Origin: Lama guanicoe
Lineage: Eukaryota
Length of the DNA: 64,000 nucleotides
Assembly: GCA_013239625.1 (NCBI GenBank)
Contig: MU054400.1
Span: forward strand, 1,709,345-1,773,344
Direction of reading: 5' to 3'
Made by a program: the position numbers and the translations under genes. Below the pieces are notes generated by a model. That model worked only from the letters and a program-made list of their open reading frames with translations. It did not search any database and had not been told where the DNA came from. Shown here piece by piece: positions 53,471 through 64,000 of the stretch; the first letter of the stretch is position 1, and each line of letters opens with the position of its first letter.

Positions 53471-56400
53471 TACCTTATGATACCACTGGGCAGTGGGAGA
53501 AGTTTAACCAGAGAAGATGAGCATTTAAAAACTGACTCCTCTGCTCAGGATGGGCCAGTGCTGGGAAAGAGTCTGCTCTGGGAAGGAAGGGAGCCTGGCT
53601 CCTAGAGACACGAGACAGGACGGGAGCTCCGTGCAGTCTGTCAACCAGCAGAGCAGGGGGAGGCCCCAGCCACAGGGTCAGGGTCCGGAGTGTGGTCCAG
53701 CCCGAGGGAGAGGGGCTTTCCAGGCTCTTGGAGGAGTCCGGGGGCAGAGACTCAGGAAGGGTGCAAGGCTGACAGGCTGATCGAGAGAAGACCAGGCGGA
53801 GCAACGGGGAGAGCAGGGCTCACAGCCAGAGCCAAGGGGCCGGGCTTCAGCTTACTCATCCCCTCCCAGGGAGCCTAGGGTTGGCCCTGGCGTCTGGGTG
53901 GGGCTGAGCCTGTGCTGAGGGGCCAAACTGAGCAGCTGTGGCAGCGGCTCCAGCAGGGACTGACAAGCCCCCAGATCAAAAGCGCTGCTCTCTTTTTTGA
54001 ATATGGATACACCTTCCTTTAATGGCAAAATCCAGTCTGTGTTCAAATTATCAAGTGGGTCATCCTGCAAACTCTGTTTCTCTATCAGCCAGAGCATCTG
54101 CCCATTTTCACTTTTTTTTTTTAATGCTGAAGTGGAGATTAGGGGGTTAAAAAGGTTCCAAATTGACTTCTAAGAGGAGACATTAAACACTGTGAGGGCT
54201 CTCCCAAGTGAGGAAATACTCATTTTATATTCCCTTTTAAGCCAGCTGACATTAATTTTCAATTTTGTGGTAGAAGTCTGCAACCTACAAAAATAAAGGA
54301 AAAAAATTTAACCCTGCTTTTTATAGCTCACTGTGCCCCATGCTTACTGTTTCACTAACCACATTTAAAAAGATGTTTATATCTGGTTTTCTGAGGTAAT
54401 GACAAATGATCTAAAGCACATATTAAATGTCTGTGTTTAAAGCTATTTGGAAAAGGAGTTATAATGACTTGGAATAAAATTATGTACTTATTTAATTAAA
54501 TACTTACTTTTCATATGCATATAAGAGCCACATATATGTGCATTTTAATAAATCATTGTGGCTTAATGTAAAAAAAAAAGCGTGTAATTAAGAACAGCAG
54601 GAATGTGGGGGAAGAATTATTAAAGGATAGTCAGACTGCAGAGGAAACTGAGAAATCATCTCACCTTGTTTTATAAAAGATGAAATAAGATCCAGGCACT
54701 GCCAGTGTCCAGCAGGTACCAGAGCAGAAGTTGGTGTTCATCGAGTGAACGCAAGAACCCCAGGCCTCTCAGTCTATCCAGCACAAGCAAGCAGAGTCCA
54801 GCGCTCGTGTGACCCGGGGGCTTGGGCCCCACAGAGCACCTCAGTGACCGTGACACAGCACCTAGCCGAGAGCTTGGCAAAGGCCTGGACTGTGCTGGGT
54901 GACTCACCCTGGTTTACCAGCGTGGAAGACCAAAAGCACGTAAAATGGCACGTCGCCGCCGTAACCAGGGCAGAGAGACCGCGTACCTATTTTAGGAATC
55001 TGGAGATTTGGCATGAACAGGGCTTTCAGAGTTTCAAAAACATGCGCTGCCTTTTCTCCTTAGTGGACTCAGCTCTAAGACCTAGAGTAGCTGGAGCCAA
55101 ACTTTTCGGGAGGGAAAAAAATGTTTGCTCCTACTTAGGAAAAATGGCTATTTATGTATAAATTGGATACATGTACAGCTCTCTTGATATATCCTGTCCA
55201 TTAGAAAGCCTACACATTAGGAATTTTTTGAGGAGGTGATGAAAGTAAAATAGCAATGGAAGTCTGAATGGTTTCTCCCTCCACCCCAGTGGGTCACTGT
55301 ATAAACCGTGGTCTGGAAGCTACGGCTCCAGGACCTCCAGCTCACCATCAGCCAAGCCAAGACGGAGGCTGCACCCCTCAGCAGGTGGCACTGGACGTGC
55401 GCCCCATGGACACACCCAATGCCCAACCATATTTCCACTGAACCGAGCCTCGTTTCTGAGCCCTGCCCCTACGGCCCAAGACCTACCATTACGGGTCTAC
55501 CTAAAATTTAGAGTAGAAATAGCACGTCCTGCCCAACTCCTTCTTTCACATAATCAGCACTGGGTCCTAACAGAAGAGCGGGGAAGCAAGGGAGATTGTG
55601 TGAGCTCCTGCCTCAGTGGAAGCCTGGGTACCACAGAGAACAGTCACTTACTACTCGCTACCAACCTGCCAGCAAAAACACTAGGAAACAGAACCCCACG
55701 CTGACTGAAATCCAGAAAATTGTATAGCCTCTGCTTTCTGATGACAATGGTTTATCAGTATCTTCACTTTCCCTCTCCCGTGGTTTCTTAGGGATGTGGT
55801 GGAAGGGTTTTCTCATCCAAGCGCCAAGCAGAACGTCTTCCCTATCGCAGACCACACTGTGGCTGTCACAGCTGCTCATGCTGACGCTCCCCCCTGGCTC
55901 CCACCCCAACTCTCAAGGACCGTGACAGGATTACTTCATGGGATGCTTGACTGACACATTTTTTTTTTTCACCGCAGCTGAATCCTTTAGAGCAATTAAT
56001 TATTCATACTTAAGTGCAGCAGCCAAGTGCCCAGCTGAGCAGGAGGAGTGATTTGGGAAGCTCCAAACTGAATCACTTTTACTAATAAGACAAAGATTCT
56101 CAACATAGACTCTGAGTAATTAGAACTAAGCCCGGAGTGAGCCATTCCTTACTTAACAAATTCAGCTTTAAAATCAGAACATCATTCCCAGAGGGGAGAC
56201 AGCCTTCCTGCATGAAGTCTGCTTGCCCTGCTGTCCGGCATGACTAGGAATTCTGTTTGGTGTGGCACCCGCTGTCCACAGCCCTCTCACCCCTCGTGTG
56301 GAGGTGAGGCGATGCTCCCCTGTGTCCCGGACACTTCCCGGGGGTCACTGGGTCCTGGCGTGCTGTGACTGAAGAGCAAACACTCAAACCCTGCCCCGAA

Positions 56401-59400
56401 TATGCATCAGCTCCTCTCACTGAATCACGAAGGTTCCTGACACGTATAGGATGAGATGTCTCTGCTGATAATTTATTTGATGTAATTGAAAAACAGATGT
56501 AGCTCCCCAGTGAACAGTTCTGTTTTTGCAAAAAGAGGTTGAGCCGTTTTAGATGTGTTTGATGTCGTCTACGATTCCCCCGCCAGGAATTTGACAGCCA
56601 GGACCTCAAGCCCAGCACTTGGTCCGCTCTGGGTCCACGCCAAGGAACACAACATTCCATAAAATGAACAATTTATGGGAATTAGCCAACTACAGAGCTG
56701 AAATGATGTTCACTGTTGGTAGCGTATGAGGCGAAATCCAAAAGTCTTGCAAGAGAAAAGCACTTAAATTGCATCAGGAACAAGGCACTGGGCTTCCCCA
56801 CAGCAGTGTAAATACTTCAGACTTCAAAGATCTCTTTCAAGTGATACAGACGTCTTAGGAGTGCATAAGTCATCAGTAAATACAGGAAGCCAGGTTCCAA
56901 AGATGAAACAAGCTCCAAAGAAGAGCACAAAAGGGGCAGGTGAAAGCTTTGAACCGCTTGCAAACGTGAATTTGCAGAGCTGGCTCAGGGCGTCCTCTCT
57001 TCCCCTGAGTGGCTCTTGGCATCTCCTACCCTAGAGGAGGTGCCGACCCAAACTGTGGTTCCTTCTTCCTGAATTCAGTAAGCGTGATCACGAATTCTGA
57101 ATTCGGGCTCTGCTAATTCGATATTGCAATGCTAAATAAAACCAGGAGCTGACCTCTGTTCCACATGGGCTCCTAGCTCCTGTGAAGCAGGGTCGGCTGC
57201 TGTATGCCTGTCAGCAGTGGGAGACAGAGCGGGCCAGGAAATGGAAAAGTTCTGGAGAGCCCAAACCTGGGCAACGCGAAAATGATGCTTAAAGCAGCAC
57301 TTTGTGAGCGTTCTTTCCAGTTCAGGATATTAACCCATTTGCCCACATTTGCATTAAATATGCTCCCAATTCACTGTTTGACCTCCAGTTCAATTTATGA
57401 TAGGTTTTCATGCACTCGTATTTTCAACATTAAGTACACAAAGCAGGAATTTTAAAAACTTCACGCACAGGATGATCCAAATGGCATCAGAATGCACAGG
57501 GAAGAAAACTGTTAACACGTTAACATCGATTGTCTCTAGGAGGTAGCACAATCTGGGAAGTGATTTTTTTCTGCTTGTTTATGCTTTTTTGTACTTTTGA
57601 GATTTTCTAGAAGATGATGAATTAATTTTATAATCAGAAAATACAAACAAATAGCAACTCCAAACCCTATGGCAGAGACGAGTAATTAGAGCTGGTGCTA
57701 ACCGGTCTGCCGTCACCAGGTAGCAGTAACCACAAGGGGAAGGGTGGTTCCACAGGGTTTATAAACAGCTCCTACTTTGATGAAACATCACATAAAAGAA
57801 ATTCCAAAAAAAAAGTGCATCATTCCTAATGCACATCCTGACATACTCCGAGCCAAAAGGAAGGAATGACGTAGCACGTAGAGAAAAATGCCATGCAAGA
57901 GAGGCACCAAAACCCTGAGAAGAGAGTAAATCTGTTTGAGCCACGTCCATGGAAATCCATAAAGGAGGAAAAGAGGAAGAAGAATTTTCCTATCAGATAA
58001 CCAGGGAGGAGACCAGACTCAGGAGTGTGGGAAAAGGAATGCACAGGCAGGGTAATCGTAACAGGCTTGGGCTCATACAGAGCCTCCACCAGTGACGGGA
58101 CGGGAGCAGCTCTGCAGCGTCTGAAAGGCTCTGCCTGCTGTGGGGTTGAAAGACCTGCACGTGGAGAACACAGCCGGCCCCGCGGGTCACCTGCTCAGTG
58201 CTGCAGTGGAGCGGGGTGGGGTCTGAGGACGGCATGCCTGAGGGATGAGAACGACACTCTTATCTGCTCAGAATGCCTTCATAGGTTCACATACGGACTA
58301 GAATTTCAATGACGCCAACTTAAGTTGTCTCTCGTGAGGGCTGGACACTGCAAATAACCCTTTGAGCACCCCCGTTGCCCCCCACCCTCCTGTCGCTGAG
58401 CCACATCCATGACACACACGTGTACCCATGTGCGTGCGCACACACACGCAGACAGTGCTTCAGGGTGGTTTGCGAGAGGGAGTTTCACCACCCACCCAAC
58501 TCCCATCCATTCTTTGATAACATTTTCTCAATCACACGCAAATGTAGCTTTAAGCCGCCCTCCAACCATTTTGCCACCCCCAAAACATTCCTTTATATAA
58601 ATTCTGGTGCCTCCTTGGGCTCTAGTTTTGCCAGCAGGAGGGTGTCAAACATTTTCAACTCTGATTTAGTTTTGTCTACCAAGGAGAAGAAAGCATGATT
58701 TCCTGTCTGTGTAACCATGCCGCCCTATGCCATCGCTCTGGTGGCCAAGAATGACCTTCACTGGACATCAGTATTGCCAACTTCCAAGTCTCACGTGCTG
58801 CATTCCACTTCCCTTCTCTACCATAATCAATCTTTTTTCCTTAATGAAAAACACACTCCCATCAATAAAACATGCAAGCATCTTGCTATCTGCACTGTGG
58901 GGACCCTACTTCACTTTGCATGTGAATTTATTCAGATTAATCACTCCTGAAAATGTCATTTTCACTCAGAGCAATTCCCACTCTCAAGTTTTTCTTCTCC
59001 CCAAATTGTCATAAACTCTAAGTGGCACTTTGCAAATGGTTTGCCATTTTCATCGAAACTTTTCCATAGCATTCATCTCCTCAGGTCCTGTAACCGAGCG
59101 ACTTTGGGGTAACATTGAAAACTTTCCTGTTGCCTAGTGGCGCATAGAAACTGATTTTGTTTTTTCTCTACCCAGACACAGCCAACCTCAGAGCTAATCC
59201 TCCAGCTGTCATGTGAATAAACGGGGTTACACGTTCGCCCAGCATGCCTCTGAGCTAATCTGGGCAATCATGCTCCCTACAGCTGTCTTTGAGAATCCTG
59301 AAGTTCCAGGAAGAACAGAAAGGGACTGTTGGACAAATGGGTGGTCGTGACCTCTGAGAGTCAGGACAGCAGCAGAGATGTCACCTCCACGGCACCCATG

Positions 59401-60986
59401 TTGAGACAAAGCACCAGGGCCTCCGGAGATGGTGCCTCCAAGGGTCAGAGTTAAGACCTTCTTTCTGCTCCCAATCTGATTTTTTAATAATTCCTAATCA
59501 GAAAACTCTTTACCAGGGCTCAGATTGCCCTGGGCTTAATTTAACAATTCTGTCATTTCTACTTCTCTTCCTTTTGAGTTCATGCTATATCCTGGAGGAT
59601 GTTACGATTTGCCTGAGTTTCAAAACCCACAAAGATGCTCCTTAAGAGGACAATTCTCCTAGAAAAGAGCATTTTATTAGACATTCATAGAGCTGTGTTG
59701 AACTTTTTAAGAGAGAGACCTATCAGTTTGACTTTACAGCTGGTGATAGAATTTAATATTCATCTTTAAAATAACTGGAAAAATTGAGGTGGTTTATGAA
59801 TTCCTATCATATATCATGAAAATCTGAATTTCTATTACAGTTAATTACAAGGCCTGTCTCTCGTCCATACAGCTGTCATGTTAATGACAAGCTTAGTATT
59901 TAGCAGTGGAACCTCATTGTAGAAAATGCAGCAAGACAGAAGTCTCTAGTTGAATAGAATGAAGGGTCCAGGGGAAAAGCTTGCCTGGGCTCCCTTTCCC
60001 ATCAGGGACGCTCTCAGGGCATCGGTGGCCTGGCTTCCATATCCCCATGGTAACTGGTCTTCCAACCTTTATTCCCATCTAGGCTTCCATCTCTGCAGAC
60101 AACGCACAAAATCCCAAGTGTGGGTTGTCCTTTCTCCCTGACTCTTCTCCGTTAGCCACACCCTCCTTCATTCTATCTTCGGATAATCCTGACCCCCAGA
60201 AAAAGTGATTTCCACTCAAACCAATATTCCAGGTGTATGAGATGAAGCCCAGAACAATCACCAGTGATCAGAAACAAAACCTGCTTTTATTGTGCTCGAG
60301 AAACATACAAAAACAGAGAAAGTGCTGAAAAAGGTAGGCAAGCCACATGGACCCAGAGACCCTTGGGATAGGAAAATTAATTTAGCAAGGAGTTTACAGA
60401 GTTAGTTGTTGAGACAGAGCATAAAAACCATTATAACAAGACCCTACTCATTATCATTATCTAGTGGCTGAGCTGGGGATAAAGGTATCTCCTGAGACTC
60501 CATCCTTCATATTTTGCACATTTTCCTTCCACCCATAGAATCTGTGGCATGCGGTTGCCCAGTCCTCTTTCCTAATCACTAAAGTTTCCTTTCAGAGAAA
60601 GATTTACTAAAATCTCTCACATTTCAGTGTGAATCAGCTGCTTCTCCCTCTCCCTCTCTTTCTCCCAAGGGTATCCGCATCCCCAAGCCACATTCTTATT
60701 ATAGGCTGAAGAGTTTTCTCCCCGGAAGGAATTCCTGACTTAAAGAGCAGGTGAAGGTGATCTTTTGGGAACAGAGTGACCCACCCTCTTGAAACTGCCC
60801 AGTATCTGGATTTTAAATGATGAAACTAAAATCATATAAAGCTAAGGAAAAGCATGCTATGTTTGGGCTCAAGGTTCTAATAACCTTATTTTACATGAAT
60901 TTTTAAAAATTTACTTTGAAATTAATGAGAGTGAGGTTTGTCTCCCAAGTATCTGCAGCAAGCAGTGTGGTAAGATTCTTCCCTGA

Positions 60987-62629
60987 GATTCAATATTGTT
61001 AAAATGGTCATACTGTCCAAGGCAATCTAGATTTAATGCAATCCCTATCCAATTACCCAGGACATATTTTTTAGAACTAGAACAAATCATAATAAAATTT
61101 ATATGGAATCACAAAAGACCCAGAATTGCCAAAGTATTACTGAAGAAAAAGAATGAGGCTGGGGAAATAACTCTCCCAGACTTCACACAGTACTACAGAG
61201 CTACAGTAACCAAAACAGCATGGTACTGGTACAAAAACAGACATACGGATCAATGGAACAGAAGAGAGAGCCCAGAAATGAACCCACAAACTTTTGGTCG
61301 ATTAATCTTTGACAAAGAAGGCAAGAACATAGAATGGAATAAAGACAGTCTCTTCAGTAAATGGTGTTGGGAAAACTGGACAGTAGCATGTAAGTCAGTG
61401 AAGCTAGAACACTCCCTCACAGCATACACAAAAACAAACCCAAAATGGCTTAAAGACTTAAACATAAAACAAGACACAATAAATCTCCTAGAAGAAAACA
61501 TAGGCAAAACAAAACATCTACATCTCGGCAATGTTCTTCTAGAGCAGTCTACCCAAGAAATAGAAATAAAAGCAAAAATAAACAAATGGGACCTAATTAA
61601 ACTTATAAGCTTTTGCAAAGCAAAGGAAACGAAAAGCAAAACAAAACGACAACCTATGGAATGGGAGAATATATTTGCAAAAGATGAGACTGACAAGGGC
61701 TTGATTTCAAGAATATATAAACAGCTCATATGACTTAGTAAGAAAAACAAACAAACACCTTAATCCAAAAATGGGCAGAAGACCTAAACAAGCAATTCTC
61801 CAAGGAAGACATACAAATGACCAATAGGCACATGAAAAACTGCTCAAATATCACTTATTATCAGAGAAATGCAAATCAAAACTACAATGAGGTATCACCT
61901 CACACCAGTCAGAATGGCCGTCATTCAAAAATCCAAAAATGACAAATGCTGGAGAGGCTGTGGAGAAAGGGGAACCCTCCTACACTGTTGGTGAGAATGC
62001 AGTTTGGTGCAGCCATTGTGGAAAACAGTATGGAGATTCCTCAAAAGACTTAAAATAGACTTACCATATGACTCAGCAGTCCTACTTCTGGGCATATATC
62101 CAGAGGATACCTTAATTCAAAAAGACACCCACACCTCAATGTTCACAGCAGCACGACTTACAATAGCCAAGACACGGAAACAACCTAAATGTCCACAGAC
62201 AGATGACTGCATAAAGAAGATGTGGTATATTTATACAATGGAATACTACTCAGCCATAAAAATGATAAAATAATGCCATTTGCAGCAACATGGATGGCCC
62301 TGCAGAATGTCATTTTAAGTGAAGTAAGCCAGAAAGTGAAATAAAAATACCATATAATATCACTCATATGTGGAATCTTAAAAAAGAAAAGACAAATGAA
62401 CTTATATATAAAACAAAATCAGACCCAGACATAGAATACAGACTTGTGGTTGCCAAGGGGGAGTGGGGTAGAAAGGGATAAACTGGGAGTTCGAGATTTG
62501 CAGATACTGACTGGTAATGTATAAAACAGATAAACAAGTGTATACTGTACAGCACAGGGAAGTATATTCAATATCTTGTAGTAGCTTATGGTGAAAAAGA
62601 ACATGAAAATGAATATATGTTAAAAAAAA
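60987..62629 (+). mobile_element. Lineage-specific L1 3' fragment, 5'-truncated, with early poly(A)
   Basis: Perfect 15-bp TSD AAGATTCTTCCCTGA at 60972-60986 and 62630-62644; ORF2 remnant 60996-61733. Confidence 0.95.
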
Positions 62630-62874
62630 AAGATTCTTCCCTGAAGTCTTTAAAAACAAAACAAAAGAAGCCTAGAAGCACATGTACTATAGGGTTTACA
62701 AATGTAACAACTCTAGGGCTGAAATGGCCCCTATATATTTTAGCTTATATCAAAACTGTCAGACGAAGATCTGTGGAAAAGGGAGTGAGAGGATGTAGAA
62801 ATAGGCAGAAAGAGGATGACCAGTATAGAGATATTCATGGAGAATTCTTTACAACCACTCATTTAATTGTGATT

Positions 62875-63070
62875 ATAGTCAAAAACTTTCTGTGATGATG
62901 GAAATGCTCTTGGTCAGAGCTGTCCAAGATGGTAGCCAGGAGCTAAACGTGGCTACGGAGCATTGGAAAGCTAGCTAATGTGGCTGAGGAGCTGAGTTCT
63001 TAATTTTAATTAATTTAAAATTAGTTTTAAATAGGTAATGGCTAATGGCTACCATACTGCACAGTACGGG
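62875..63070. mobile_element. MER3-like hAT element
   Basis: AACTTTCTGTGATGATGGAAATG...GCTGTCCAAGATGGTAGCC wording. Confidence 0.65.
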
Positions 63071-63193
63071 TCTAACAGTTACTGCTTTCACATGTAATTT
63101 TAAGAATGCTTTGTACCAGTGAACTCTCTCCAGGAGGTACTGATGGAACTCTTGGTGTAATGCAGTCTTCAGCTGTGAACAGTTTATTTACTA

Positions 63194-63505
<312 letters not shown>

Positions 63506-64000
63506 TCAGTTGGCTGCCCAAGCTGGGAACTGCTCGAGACTCACCCAATGGATGAGGTCAGTGGTAAAGATGACATAACCCTCAAAACACACAGTCGTTT
63601 TTATCCTTAAGGTCCTGATGTGTTCGAATGGCTATGTGTTCTAAAGCAACACAGTGAAAGAAAACGTGTTTCCCCATCAGTCATCAGACTTGCACATGCT
63701 ATATGACAAGACAAGGCATGGAAAAAAGACATGGGAAACCAAAAGACAGGGGAGGCAGGAATCACTGAGCTAGATATGCAGAAAACTGAATGAAGGATGT
63801 GGCTCAAAGTATTTGAACAGTCACCAAAAAACACAAAAACAATACCCCCTGCCTGGCAGACAGCAAAGGCATTCCACAGCTATGAGCTATCCTGGTGTTG
63901 CTGGATGTCCAGCATGTAACAGCAATGTTTAATATTCCCATTCAAATTCACACCTCACTCACCAACCAGCCACAGAGCCCAGCTCTGCTTTCTTTCTTTT

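Noticed and set aside
53500..60900. Additional FRMD3 coding exons or another gene among the many 60-140 aa ORFs
   Set aside because: The known FRMD3 sequence joins directly across the intron, and none of these ORFs shows recognisable homology or a compelling exon structure

Overview
Mammalian genomic DNA, most likely camelid (alpaca/camel), judged from three tRNA-headed SINEs of the vic-1 type and camelid-like L1 3' ends. The only host gene is the 3' end of FRMD3 on the minus strand: a 125-nt penultimate exon (63322-63446), a 41.9-kb intron, and a terminal coding exon (20828-21426) encoding the acidic region and C-terminal transmembrane segment, followed by a ~3.1-kb 3' UTR. The sequence also supports two alternative FRMD3 exons. 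An intronic first exon (45212-45338), preceded by MEF2/GATA/NBRE motifs, splices in frame to the terminal exon and gives a FERM-less membrane protein. A downstream terminal exon (16182-16195) truncates the protein just after the TM helix (...ESVYMQ*) and replaces the long UTR with a short one. Much of the rest is transposon-derived: nested L1s (one young L1 with intact ORF1), SINEs, L2, MIR, a MaLR LTR and hAT elements. Notable repeat structures are a TSD-bounded ORF1-only chimeric L1, a captured tail cassette shared by two L1s, and two inverted L1 copies that share a frameshift and bracket the long intron. I found no prokaryotic-type system and cannot claim a wholly new biological system. Repeat family names and comparisons with human isoforms are from memory, not database searches.
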